Below are positions 29,737 to 41,210 of a stretch of DNA of 64,000 nucleotides, in pieces. The translations under genes and the position numbers were made by a program. Source of the stretch: Nannocystales bacterium (lineage in GTDB: Bacteria; Myxococcota_A; Polyangia; Nannocystales; Nannocystaceae); contig JBOEGF010000002.1 in assembly GCA_050633305.1 (NCBI GenBank), positions 217,624 through 281,623 of the forward strand, read 5' to 3'. The notes beneath the pieces are model-generated. The model searched no databases. It worked only from the letters and a program-made list of their open reading frames with translations, and was not told the origin of the DNA. The number at the start of each line of letters is the position of its first letter. Position 1 is the first letter of the stretch.

Positions 29737-29898
29737 GTCCGGTCGGCGAGGGCCGCCAGCGCATCGTCGCTCAGTCGGGTTTGCTTGGGGTTGATCCCCT
29801 GGGGTTCACCCCGCCCTGCAGTCGCGCCCGTTCCGGACTCCACGGTCGGAGTGGACGCACTCCCGCAAGATCGAGAAGAAGACGCTACCCTCGGGCGC

Positions 29899-32040
29899 GT
29901 GACGCAGAAGATCCACACCTGCACTCTCTGTGAAGCAGCCTGCGGGATTCTGGTCACGGTCGACCAGGGACGCGTCACCCGGGTCGAGGGCGACCCCGAC
30001 GACCCGCTCAGCCGTGGTCACATCTGCCCGAAAGCAGCGGCTCTGGCCGACCTCCAGCACGACCCCGATCGGCTGACGCACCCTGTGCGGCGGACGGCGG
30101 ACGGCTGGGAGCGGGTCTCGTGGGACGACGCGATGCAAGAGGTCGCCACGCGGTTGCACGAGATCCAGCGTGAGCACAGCCCAGACGCCGTCGCGACATA
30201 CCTGGGCAACCCGAACGTGCACAACCTCGGCTCCATGCTCTACATGCCCGGCCTGCTGCGAGCGCTGCGGAGTCGTCGTCGATACAGCGCGACGTCGGTC
30301 GATCAGCTCCCGCACATGCTGGCCGCGTTGCAGATGTTCGGGCACCCACTGCTGATGCCCGTCCCGGACGTGGACCGTTGCGACTTTCTGCTGATGTTCG
30401 GCGCGAACCCGGCCGTGTCCAACGGCAGCATCGCAACGGCCCCCGGGATTCGAAGGCGGCTGAAGGACGTGACGGCGCGGGGCGAGCTGCACGTGTTCGA
30501 CCCTCGACGGACGCGCACGGCCAAGCTCGCCACCGCGCACCACTTCATTCGGCCCGGAACCGATGCACTCGTCCTGCTCGCGATGCTGGCCGTCGTCTTC
30601 GAGGAACGCAGTCCCAACCTCGCGCATCTGGGTGAAGGAGCCAGGAACCTCGAGCGCTTGCGGGCTGTCGCAGCCCGCTTCACGCCGGAGCGCGTCGCCG
30701 AAACGACCGGTGTCCCGGCCCAGACGATCCGGACGCTGGCCCTGAAGCTCGCCGACACCGAACGCGCCCTCGCCTACGGGCGCATGGGTGCGTGCACGCA
30801 AGACTTCGGCGGCACCACGGGCATGCTGCTGGTCGCACTCAACGCGGTGACCGGCCACCTCGACACGGTCGGCGGCATGATGTTCACCCAGCCGGCCATC
30901 GACGCCATTCATACACCGACGGGCAAGCCGGGGCGGGCGAAGGCGAGGTTTGGGCGTTGGACGAGCCGGGTCCGCGAGCTCCCGGAGTGCAACGGCGAGC
31001 TTCCTGTCGCCACCTTGGCCGAGGACATCCTCGAGCCCGGCGACGACCGAATCCGTGCCCTCGTGCTCTGGGCCGGCAACCCGGTGCTTTCGTGTCCCAA
31101 CGGCACCAAGCTCGACCAAGCCTTCGATGCCCTCGACTTCTGCGTGTCCGTCGACCTCTACATCAACGAGTCGAACCGGCACGCCGACCTCATTCTGCCG
31201 GTTGTGCCTCCGCTGTCACGACCCCACTACGACACCGCGTTCGCCCTCCTGTCGGTGCGCAACTTCGCCAAGTTCGTCGACGCCGCACTCCCCGTTGAAG
31301 GCGAAGAGCGCCACGACTGGGAGGTCGCGGTCGAGCTGCAACAGAGGCTCGAGGCGCTGGGCGGGGTTTCCCGTTCACGGCGGTTGGCGACTCGCGCCAG
31401 CGGGGCCCTCGGTCCCCAGGGAACCTTGGCGGCGGCGTTGCGCGTGGGTCCCCGGGGCCTGCAGACCGGACTCGGGGGCCTCTCCCTTCGCAAGCTGAAA
31501 CACCATCCCCACGGGCTCGACCTCGGACCGCTCGAGCCATGCCTGCGCCAACGCATGCCCACCGACTGGCCGGGCGTCGACCTGTGCCCGGACGTCTACA
31601 CCGAAGGGCTCGACCGACTCGAAGACGCGGTCGACTCCCCTGCGCCTCCACTCGTATTGATCGGGCGAAGGCAACTCGCCAGCAACAACAGCTGGCTGCA
31701 CAACACCAAGCGACTGACCAAGGGCCCGTCCGGATGCACCGCCTTGATGCACCCCGACGATGCGAGTACCGCAGGCATCTCCGACGGGGACACCATCGAG
31801 GTGCGTTCTGCCGTGGGCACCGTCTGTGCCCCCGCGAAACTCACCGACGAGATCATGCGCGGCGTCATCAGCCTCCCTCACGGCTATGGCCACAGCCGCG
31901 ACGGAGTGGGGTGGCAACACGCCGCCGCGAACCCGGGCTGCAGCATCAACGACCTGACCGACGACGCACGGGTCGATGTCGTCTCCGGAAATGCGGCGTT
32001 CAGCGGGACCCCCGTCGAGGTGTCGCCGGCCCAACGTTGA
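29899..32040 (+). CDS. Molybdopterin-dependent oxidoreductase
   Basis: CTLCEAACG...GHICPKA Fe-S motif, GANPAVSNGS, C-terminal MHPDDA...GVISLPHGYGH. GTG start inferred. Confidence 0.93.
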   Translation: MTQKIHTCTLCEAACGILVTVDQGRVTRVEGDPDDPLSRGHICPKAAALADLQHDPDRLTHPVRRTADGWERVSWDDAMQEVATRLHEIQREHSPDAVATYLGNPNVHNLGSMLYMPGLLRALRSRRRYSATSVDQLPHMLAALQMFGHPLLMPVPDVDRCDFLLMFGANPAVSNGSIATAPGIRRRLKDVTARGELHVFDPRRTRTAKLATAHHFIRPGTDALVLLAMLAVVFEERSPNLAHLGEGARNLERLRAVAARFTPERVAETTGVPAQTIRTLALKLADTERALAYGRMGACTQDFGGTTGMLLVALNAVTGHLDTVGGMMFTQPAIDAIHTPTGKPGRAKARFGRWTSRVRELPECNGELPVATLAEDILEPGDDRIRALVLWAGNPVLSCPNGTKLDQAFDALDFCVSVDLYINESNRHADLILPVVPPLSRPHYDTAFALLSVRNFAKFVDAALPVEGEERHDWEVAVELQQRLEALGGVSRSRRLATRASGALGPQGTLAAALRVGPRGLQTGLGGLSLRKLKHHPHGLDLGPLEPCLRQRMPTDWPGVDLCPDVYTEGLDRLEDAVDSPAPPLVLIGRRQLASNNSWLHNTKRLTKGPSGCTALMHPDDASTAGISDGDTIEVRSAVGTVCAPAKLTDEIMRGVISLPHGYGHSRDGVGWQHAAANPGCSINDLTDDARVDVVSGNAAFSGTPVEVSPAQR

Positions 32041-32220
32041 ACGTCTCAACTTCGTAAGACAGCGGAGCGCCCGGTAGGGTCGCGGAGCCCCCCTTGCGAT
32101 GACCGCCCATCGTATGATGCAGATGTCCGGAACCTCGGAGAGATCTCGTGGCGGTCGTGATCCGGACGGCTCCGTACCCGGAATCCAGCCGTCGCAAGCG
32201 GTCCGCTACAATGCGTCGCA

Positions 32221-33018
32221 GTGACCGACCGGTTGCGGATCATTTCGTGGAATGTGGGAGGGTTGCGGGCGGCGGCGCGCAAGGGGCTGCGCCGAAAGCT
32301 GCGAGGATTGTCGCCCGACATCTTCGCCATTCAAGAGGTTCGGGCGCGCGTCGACCAAATGACGCGCGCACTACACCACCCGCGGGGCTTCAGCGCGCGC
32401 TACGTCGCCGCGGAGCGCCCGGGTTACAGCGGTGTCGGGATCTGGTCCAGGGCTGAGCCTGATGAAGTCACTGGCCCGTTGGGCGAACCCCGTTTCGATT
32501 GTGAGGGTCGGATGATCATCGCTCGCTGGGGACGCTTGGCGATCGCCAATGTCTACTTCCCCAATGGCAACGGGAAAGACCGCAACAACGAACGGGTGCC
32601 CTACAAGCTCGACTTCTACCGCTACGTCTTCGCCGAGGTGCAACGACGTCGGAAGGCCGGCCAGCGCGTGCTTGTGATGGGCGACTTCAACACGGCCCGA
32701 GCGCCGATCGATCTCGCGCGACCCAAGGGCAACAAGCACACCTCGGGCTGGCTACCTGACGAGGTCGCCGAACTCGCGCGATGGATCGATGCCGGTTGGG
32801 TCGACACCTTTCGCGCCTTCGAGCCGGGCCCCGGCCACTACACTTGGTGGAGCACACGCGGGGATGTACGGGCGCGCAATGTCGGATGGCGCATCGACTA
32901 CGTGCTCGCCTCCCCCGCAGCGATGCACTTCGTGAGGAGCGCGACGATCTACCCGCGGGTGATGGGCTCGGACCACTGCCCGGTCGGCGTGGATCTTGAC
33001 CCCCTGATCTGCGACTGA
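32221..33018 (+). CDS. xth: Exodeoxyribonuclease III / AP endonuclease
   Basis: IISWNV, IQE, GYSGV, NVYFPNG, MGDFNTA, YTWWS, GWRIDY, GSDHCPV. Confidence 0.93.
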   Translation: MTDRLRIISWNVGGLRAAARKGLRRKLRGLSPDIFAIQEVRARVDQMTRALHHPRGFSARYVAAERPGYSGVGIWSRAEPDEVTGPLGEPRFDCEGRMIIARWGRLAIANVYFPNGNGKDRNNERVPYKLDFYRYVFAEVQRRRKAGQRVLVMGDFNTARAPIDLARPKGNKHTSGWLPDEVAELARWIDAGWVDTFRAFEPGPGHYTWWSTRGDVRARNVGWRIDYVLASPAAMHFVRSATIYPRVMGSDHCPVGVDLDPLICD

Positions 33019-33210
33019 GCCACGCATCGCGGCGAACGAACCTCTCCGGCGGCGAAGCAGTTGCAGTCTCGAGGGTTCGGGACCAAGCGGCCCCGTCCTG
33101 AGACACCGCCGAGAGCCTTCAGACAAGAGGCGAGAGCCGTAGAAGCAGTGGATGTCGTGCGGCTTCTCGGAGAACTGCCGCCTGCGCCGCAGCCTTGCTA
33201 CTCTGGCAGC

Positions 33211-34773
33211 GTGTTCGGGGATGAACGGGACGACGTTGAGCACCGGGCTCGGATCTCCGAGTTTCTGCAAGCGACGTTTGAGGCGATGGAGGAAGGCGTC
33301 GCAATCTTCGATGACGCGCTGCGCCTGGTGTCGTGGAACCAGCGGTACCTGGACATCATGGGTGAGGCGGTGAAGCCGTTGACCAAACATGGGATGCGGC
33401 TGCTCGACCTCTACGTCGAGAGCGCGAAGAAGGGCTTGTTTGGGCCCGGCGACCCGGTCGCGATCGCCGAAGCGCGAATCCAGGCGGTGCGAACGGGGCC
33501 ACTCATCCACACCGAAGACCTCACACCAGCGCCCGGTCGCGTCGTTCGTATCAACCGCTTTCGGCTCGAAAACGGTGGGATATGCGCAACGTTCCGTGAT
33601 GAAACGGAAGAGCGTCGGGTCGAGGCTCAACTGCGACAGGCTCAGAAGATGGAGGCGGTTGGCAAGCTGACCGGTGGTGTTGCTCATGACCTCAACAACA
33701 TCCTTGCGGTCGTCATCGGCAACATCGAGATCCTGACGGACTCCGCCGCGGCCGGCCCCGAACGAGAATCGCTCGACGATGTCCTGGCTGCGGCGAACCG
33801 TGGTGCCGAGCTCACGCATCGCCTGCTGGCGTTCGCACGTCAGCAACCGTTGACCCCTCAGCCCACCGATGTCGCTCCCTTGCTCGAGACGTTGTGCTCG
33901 ATGCTTCGTCGCCTGCTTGGAGAAACGATCGCCGTCGAGGTCGTGGCTGCCCCCGACTTGTGGCCTTGCGATGTCGATCGCAGCCAGTTCGAGAACACGA
34001 TTGTCAACCTCGCGGTCAACGCTCGTGACGCGTTCGGTCCGACCGGCGGAACGGTCACGATCGAAGTTGCAAACCTCGAGCTCGACGGCAAGAGCGCGCA
34101 CGAGATCGAGGGAGCGGTTGCAGGCCAGTATGTCGCGGTCACCGTCACGGACGACGGGGCCGGGATGGCAGACGATGTTCGCTCTCGCGCCTTCGATCCG
34201 TTCTTCACCACGAAGCCGACCGGGCACGGAACTGGACTCGGGTTGTCGATGGTTCACGGGTTTGTGAAGCAGTCGGGCGGGCACGTTCGGATCGACTCCG
34301 CGCCCGGAAAAGGGACCTCGGTTCGCCTTCTCCTGCCTCGAAGTGCAGCCGCCAATCCAACGGTTGCCGGCTTGCCCGAACCCGACGAGCGGTCAGAAGC
34401 TCTCGCGGGAGAGACGGTCTTCGTCGTTGAGGACGACGCCCGCGTCCGCGCCGTGGTCACTCGCCAGCTCCAGGTGCTGGGGTACTCCGTCTTGGGAGCT
34501 GCAACCGCCGAGGAGGCGCTTCGTGCCCTGGATGCAGGTGTCCCGGTCGACCTCCTGCTGACCGACGTGGTGCTTCCGGGGGGGATGACTGGACCCGCGC
34601 TGGCTTCGCGGGTGGCGACCTCGCGACCGGACCTCCCCGTGGTCTTCATGAGCGGTTACACGGAGAACGTGATTCCGCAGACCCAACTCGACGCCGAAGT
34701 GACACTGCTGAACAAACCGTTTCGATTGGCCGACCTGGGCCGCGTGCTGCGACGGAAGTTGTCCAGGCCCTAG
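33211..34773 (+). CDS. PAS-domain hybrid sensor histidine kinase with receiver
   Basis: QAQKMEAVGKLTGGVAHDLNN, NLAVNARDA, FDPFFTTKPTGHGTGLGL, receiver VVEDD...LLTDVVLPGGM...KPF. Start uncertain. Confidence 0.93.
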   Translation: MFGDERDDVEHRARISEFLQATFEAMEEGVAIFDDALRLVSWNQRYLDIMGEAVKPLTKHGMRLLDLYVESAKKGLFGPGDPVAIAEARIQAVRTGPLIHTEDLTPAPGRVVRINRFRLENGGICATFRDETEERRVEAQLRQAQKMEAVGKLTGGVAHDLNNILAVVIGNIEILTDSAAAGPERESLDDVLAAANRGAELTHRLLAFARQQPLTPQPTDVAPLLETLCSMLRRLLGETIAVEVVAAPDLWPCDVDRSQFENTIVNLAVNARDAFGPTGGTVTIEVANLELDGKSAHEIEGAVAGQYVAVTVTDDGAGMADDVRSRAFDPFFTTKPTGHGTGLGLSMVHGFVKQSGGHVRIDSAPGKGTSVRLLLPRSAAANPTVAGLPEPDERSEALAGETVFVVEDDARVRAVVTRQLQVLGYSVLGAATAEEALRALDAGVPVDLLLTDVVLPGGMTGPALASRVATSRPDLPVVFMSGYTENVIPQTQLDAEVTLLNKPFRLADLGRVLRRKLSRP

Positions 34774-34975
34774 GGGGCGAAACCGATCGCCGACTTGGCT
34801 CCTGACCGCGTCGCCGAGAGTTGCCGTACGCGCCCCGCCCTCCCCCGGTATCGGCAGCCGGGCGACCTGCGCGGTTCCTGCGAGAGCCCGAATCACACGC
34901 CGCCGACCGGAATCGAGGGCGAGTCGGGCTCAGGCCGTGCGACGGTTGCAACAGTCGCGGCGTCCGGACCCCGGC

Positions 34976-35752
34976 ATGCGTCTCTCCACTGTCTTGTTCT
35001 GTTCTTCCGTTCTGCTCGGTGGCTGTTTCCGAGGCCGCGGCAGCAAAGGGACGGTCCCTGTCCAGCCCGACCTCCCGCCGCTGCCGGAGTTCGTCGAAGT
35101 CTGTGTCTCGAAGGCCGTGGTCCTGCCAGCGAAGCTCAACGGCAAGTCATGGGACGGCATCGGTCGGGCCAACCGTAAGGCTCGCAAGCTGTTGCCCGAC
35201 CTGATCGCTGCGTCTCAGGGCGGCGGCTATGCAGCGGCGCTGTCTGCGGCTGGCTCGGTCGGGACGACGGTCTTCAACAAGGTGAAGGGTCCACCGGACC
35301 TACGGGTTCAGATGCAACTAGGTCGCGAGTACATCGTTCGCACCGACTACGTGAAGGACACCGCGATCGCTCCGTTCGGTTCCAGCGAGGCGAACTGCGC
35401 CGTGATCGCGCGCGAGGAGTACGGGGAGCGGGTGCAGTTCGTTGTCGAGGATGTCGACGTGGCCAAGACCGAGGTCGTGGGCACGACCTCGTTCGTGGGG
35501 ATTCCCGTCGACGCGATTCGCTCTGGGTCCTGGCAGGTCCTCGGTTTCGATGCGGTGGTGGAGATCGAGCTGACCATGCAGCCGATGGAGAAGGCATCCA
35601 ACCGAGTTCCTCTTGCGGACGAGGCGGCTCCCCCTTCGGTCGGGGACGAGGGCGGCGACGACGCAGCTGACCCGAACCCGGCGGGGAGCAACCCGGGGCC
35701 GACGCCGGAGGCCGTGAACACCGACGCGAACGGCTGGACGATCGACGAGTAG
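34976..35752 (+). CDS. Hypothetical lipoprotein (C2-like fold possible)
   Basis: MRLSTVLFCSSVLLGGC; NGKSWDG...PDLRVQM...VEDVDV. Confidence 0.7.
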   Translation: MRLSTVLFCSSVLLGGCFRGRGSKGTVPVQPDLPPLPEFVEVCVSKAVVLPAKLNGKSWDGIGRANRKARKLLPDLIAASQGGGYAAALSAAGSVGTTVFNKVKGPPDLRVQMQLGREYIVRTDYVKDTAIAPFGSSEANCAVIAREEYGERVQFVVEDVDVAKTEVVGTTSFVGIPVDAIRSGSWQVLGFDAVVEIELTMQPMEKASNRVPLADEAAPPSVGDEGGDDAADPNPAGSNPGPTPEAVNTDANGWTIDE

Positions 35753-35756
35753 GAAA

Positions 35757-35808
35757 GGACCAAGAAAGCGACCCACTCGGCCCCTGCCCGAGCCGGTCGT
35801 TTCCGGTC
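35757..35808. terminator. Imperfect hairpin between convergent genes
   Basis: gaccaagaaagcgacc...tcgg-loop-ccga...ggtcgtttccggtc; no U-tract. Confidence 0.3.
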
Positions 35809-35818
35809 GAGGCACCGT

Positions 35819-36172
35819 CTACTCGTCGTTGGGGTTGTCGTAGTGCGCGACGCAGGAACACGACACCGACGTGCGCGAGTCGGCGAAGCAGTTCGAGGGG
35901 AGCGAGTCCACCGAGTAGTCCGGACACTCGGAGGGCTCAGGATCCACACACGCACCGCCGACAGCCACGGGAAAACACGAAATGACCGTGACGAGGTCGG
36001 CTTGGGGACCTGCGGCCTCCTCGCAGGCCTCCTGACAGGTCGTTGAGGAGTCATACACGGACAGCTGCCGCTGCTTTTCGCACTCGTTGGGGAAGGCCAG
36101 CAGCCACCACTTGTCCAGGGTTTGACATATGTTTTGAGCGAGGCGACGTCTACGCCTGGGGGAAGGCTTCAA
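35819..36172 (-). CDS. Small Cys-rich hypothetical protein (start uncertain)
   Basis: Cys-rich acidic C-terminal part; lies directly downstream of the kinase gene. Confidence 0.4.
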   Translation of the reverse strand: MKPSPRRRRRLAQNICQTLDKWWLLAFPNECEKQRQLSVYDSSTTCQEACEEAAGPQADLVTVISCFPVAVGGACVDPEPSECPDYSVDSLPSNCFADSRTSVSCSCVAHYDNPNDE

Positions 36173-36175
36173 GCG

Positions 36176-38536
36176 CTAGTCGACTTCTCCTGGGTCGCGA
36201 CGTTGGGTCAGGGGACACCGCAAGCGTGCATGGAACGTGTCGCCCTCGCGCTCGAGGTGCAGCTCCCATCCACACAGTCGCGCCAGCTCCTCGGCGATCG
36301 AGCGGCCGCCGTAGGCCTTGTCGGCCCGGGTTGGCTTCGAGACCTCCACCACCGTGTTGTGCACGTGCAAACCCAACTCGCGGCGTCCACGGTCGACCTC
36401 GGCCTCGAGCGCGACGGTCGTCCCCGGAGCGCCGTGTTTGATCGCGTTGACCAGCAACTCCCCAAGGAGGAACCCGAAGACGCCATCGGCGGGTACGGTC
36501 AGCCGGTATCCCTCGGGCCAGTCGACCCAGGACTCGAGCACCGCACTCCGCTCGCCGACCTCCCCCGCGGATGCGAGCGCCCCGTTGTTCCAGTGAAGCC
36601 GTGCGCGGAGCCTGGGGTCACCGCGTACGACGGCGAAGATCCGCTCGTACTGTCCGAGCGCGCCTGCGAGGTGTTCGGGCCCGAGAATGCGCTCGGCCTC
36701 AGGGCGGGCCCGTCCGCCCCAGTGCCCCAGCACCCACTGGCTGACCTGAAGTCGACGCAACAGGTACTCGGCCAGCCAACGGCAGAACGCTTGCTCGTCT
36801 TCGGTTCGGGCGTGTTCGAGCTGGCTGGCAAGGACCCGAGCCAGGGTGTCGGCGCCATGGTCCAACAGCGCGGCGAGTCGGTTGCGCTCGTCTCGCCTCG
36901 CGGTGTCCCGATGCACGTCGAGCACGGGCGCGAGTTCGGCCTCGTCCTCCACCACGCAGACCAAGCCAAGCCGGTGGTGCGCGGCGGCACCGAACCCGGG
37001 CAGCGGTTCACGTAATGAGACCGACCGAACCAGCGCGAAGCTGCTGGTGCCATCGTCGCCCCGCAACCGCACCCCGTACGCACGCCTTCGCCCCCCACCG
37101 GCCTGCTCCTGTCGGTACAGCGCACGAGCATCGGCGTCCGGCTCGACACTGTCTGCAAACGGCTGACCGGGCCGAAGTCCCACCGAGCACGCGGCGGCGT
37201 TGGCCCGGACCACCGTGTCGTCATTGGGGTCGACCACGACGAGCGGGACATCGAGGCGGTCGATCGCGTCCTGGGCTGCGTCGCGTTCTTCCTCGGCCCG
37301 GAACCAGCGTCGCTCCGCCCACAGCAGCAAGACCACGAGCAGACCTGGGATCACCAGCATGGACCCCCAGGGCATCGAAGCCCGCCCCTGCATCGTCCAA
37401 CCCACCAGCCACCGCTCTCGGCTGACCTGCACGGCGAACAACGCCCCACGGCCGTCTTCGAGGCGGTGATGCACGACGGGCCCCTGCGGCGCCCATGCGT
37501 TCTCTCGGCCCTCCCGCAACGCTTGAACCTGCACTTCGCGACGCAGAGCCTCGGGGGCATCGGGCCGTAGAGACTTGGCCAGCGTGCTCCACGGTTGCCA
37601 CCAGGGTGCACGTGGTGACGGGGTGGAAGCGACCGGCTCGGTCACGATCCGAAGCTGGGGTCCGTCCGCGCGCTCCAGGCGGGCCAGGTCGACATCGGCG
37701 ACCACGTCGGCTGCGAGCATCAGACGGTTGCGACTTCCGGGGTACTGCACGGGTACGGAGATGGTCGCGACGAAGCCGGATCCCCCCACGTCGGCGTAGA
37801 TGCCGGAGTAGTGCGTCTGCTCTGCAAGAGGTCGTTCGAAGTCGAACTCGCGGAACACCGCGCTCGAGACGAGATTGGGCTCCCCGGGTCGACGTTGGCT
37901 CAGCCGTGTTTCCTGTTCCAACGGATCCCCGCCGGACGGCGTGGGCCCCGGAAACGGCCGCGACAAGAAGCTCCCGTCCTCCATCACAACATACAGACGG
38001 AGCAGGTGTGGCTCGTCGTCGTGTCTTCGCTCGTTCCAGCTGGCCGCGGCCGCCACCAGGTGCGCACTTGCCCGCCGCAGATCGGGGCCGAGGTCCGGTC
38101 GTGACTCGAAGAGGTTGCGCCGCCGATCGAGGACCAGCGTGTCGTGACCAAGCTGCACATGTTTGGTGAGGCGAAACGAGCCCTCGTGGCCGGGATCGCC
38201 GGGCGAGTCGACCACGGTGACTGCCGCCGAAGACTTCGTGGGGACTTGCCCATGCAGCAACGCGGTCACCGGGTCCATCCGCGCGGGAGGCTCGTGCGAT
38301 GGGCGAAGCAACGCTTCGGGGATCCCCACGTCGTGCAGCAGGTCGAGCAGCCACGCCTCCACGCCGGGGGCCTCGACCAAGCGAGGGGTGTGAGAGGTGG
38401 CCAGCAGGCGCGCCAGCGTCTGGGCTCGCCCATCCTCGAGCTGAGCCTCAAAGCGTCGGTGGGTCCACCACGCGCCCAGACCCACCACCGCCAAGCAGAG
38501 CACCAAGATCGCGAGACGTCGATGGGAGCGGCGCAT
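36176..38536 (-). CDS. Atypical membrane sensor kinase (Cache-like, PAS-like, HATPase-like)
   Basis: Two TMs flank YSGIYADVGGSGFVATISVPV (Cache-like); PAS-like LDVPLVVVD..VVRAN; N-box ELLVNAIKHG; degenerate G boxes. Confidence 0.75.
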   Translation of the reverse strand: MRRSHRRLAILVLCLAVVGLGAWWTHRRFEAQLEDGRAQTLARLLATSHTPRLVEAPGVEAWLLDLLHDVGIPEALLRPSHEPPARMDPVTALLHGQVPTKSSAAVTVVDSPGDPGHEGSFRLTKHVQLGHDTLVLDRRRNLFESRPDLGPDLRRASAHLVAAAASWNERRHDDEPHLLRLYVVMEDGSFLSRPFPGPTPSGGDPLEQETRLSQRRPGEPNLVSSAVFREFDFERPLAEQTHYSGIYADVGGSGFVATISVPVQYPGSRNRLMLAADVVADVDLARLERADGPQLRIVTEPVASTPSPRAPWWQPWSTLAKSLRPDAPEALRREVQVQALREGRENAWAPQGPVVHHRLEDGRGALFAVQVSRERWLVGWTMQGRASMPWGSMLVIPGLLVVLLLWAERRWFRAEEERDAAQDAIDRLDVPLVVVDPNDDTVVRANAAACSVGLRPGQPFADSVEPDADARALYRQEQAGGGRRRAYGVRLRGDDGTSSFALVRSVSLREPLPGFGAAAHHRLGLVCVVEDEAELAPVLDVHRDTARRDERNRLAALLDHGADTLARVLASQLEHARTEDEQAFCRWLAEYLLRRLQVSQWVLGHWGGRARPEAERILGPEHLAGALGQYERIFAVVRGDPRLRARLHWNNGALASAGEVGERSAVLESWVDWPEGYRLTVPADGVFGFLLGELLVNAIKHGAPGTTVALEAEVDRGRRELGLHVHNTVVEVSKPTRADKAYGGRSIAEELARLCGWELHLEREGDTFHARLRCPLTQRRDPGEVD

Positions 38537-38575
38537 GGTGAACGGAGGGTGGCTGCACTACGATGGACGGGCGAG

Positions 38576-39586
38576 ATGAAGCTCCCCCGTCGCCCCTTGG
38601 TCGTCGTCGAAGATCACCTCTATCACATCGACGAACTCCTCGGCCTGCTCCAAAGACAGACACCCGGCCTGCTCTCGCGGCTCACGGTGGTCTGTCTGGA
38701 TCGACCTGGACCCGACACGCAGGCCGCGGTGGAGCGCTGGGCCGTCCGCTTTCCCGGGGTTCTCATCGTTGCCGACGTCGCGCCTCCCGACCCTTCGCGG
38801 CAACAGGCCCTGCCGCCCGAAGCCCTGCAACGAGAGAAGGGCTACGTCGACATGATCGCCGACCTCCTCACCCCTCGTGGGGTCCTCTTGCAGGACATCC
38901 AGCTGGAGCCGCTGCGGTTCTTGGCCGCCGACGAATGGTGGGAAACCATCTATCTCGCGTCCAATGTCAGAGGCCGGTACGGCGATGGAAGGCCGCGGTG
39001 TGTCTTCATGTCGAACAAGCGCGCGTTCGAGGCCACGTTCGGCAAGAAGCTGCGCAACGCCGGCTTCGACGAAGACGATGTGTTGAGCAAGGACGAGCTC
39101 GAACACACGCTCTCGCCGCTGCTGCATCGCTGCCTACGCGAAGCGTTTCCCCTGGAAGTCGAGCGCTCCGACGTGCGCGGAGACCACTGGCTCAGCGACA
39201 CCGACGACGACGCCAAGGACGTGAGCGAGGCCCTCGACCTGGTGCTGTGGGAGCATCGAACGTCCAAGGTCGTCTTGACGGGGGACGCCATCGCAGGTGG
39301 GCGCGTCGAACTGTCGTCCACCAGCCATGAGGCCACCACGTGGCGTGCTTTGGTCGAGGCGCACCTGTCCCGAACCGCAGGCATCCCCACCCACCAACTC
39401 GGGGAACGCATCGCACCCGAACACGCGCTGCGGGCCGAACAGAGCAATGCTGCCTCGCGTCACATGCACAAGCTTCGCACACGCCTGCGCGACAAGGGCA
39501 CCGTGATGACCGCCCAGCACTGCTACCGCCTGGCCGAACACGTTCGCGCGGGCCGGGTCCGACGGCGGCCGCGTTCACCTCTCTAA
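38576..39586 (+). CDS. Atypical receiver-like protein with possible C-terminal winged helix
   Basis: LVVVEDHLYH...VVCLD N-terminus; C-terminal ASRHMHKLRTRL...YRL resembles an OmpR-type wHTH; divergent from the kinase with a 39 bp gap. Confidence 0.65.
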   Translation: MKLPRRPLVVVEDHLYHIDELLGLLQRQTPGLLSRLTVVCLDRPGPDTQAAVERWAVRFPGVLIVADVAPPDPSRQQALPPEALQREKGYVDMIADLLTPRGVLLQDIQLEPLRFLAADEWWETIYLASNVRGRYGDGRPRCVFMSNKRAFEATFGKKLRNAGFDEDDVLSKDELEHTLSPLLHRCLREAFPLEVERSDVRGDHWLSDTDDDAKDVSEALDLVLWEHRTSKVVLTGDAIAGGRVELSSTSHEATTWRALVEAHLSRTAGIPTHQLGERIAPEHALRAEQSNAASRHMHKLRTRLRDKGTVMTAQHCYRLAEHVRAGRVRRRPRSPL

Positions 39587-39694
39587 CACCGCATGAACCA
39601 CCTCCCTCGACCTCCCCCTCGCTCCGCCCTTGAGATGGAGGGCGGTGGAGGTCCGTGCATAGTCACTGTGGGGCCTGCCCCCTAGCGTGCCCGG

Positions 39695-41125
<1,431 letters not shown>

Positions 41126-41210
41126 TCAGCCGTTCGAAGCCGTCCCCACGCCGCGCCAAACCTCGGCCAAAGCGGCGCCCATCGAGAAACGCCGCCGAGA
41201 ACAATACGAG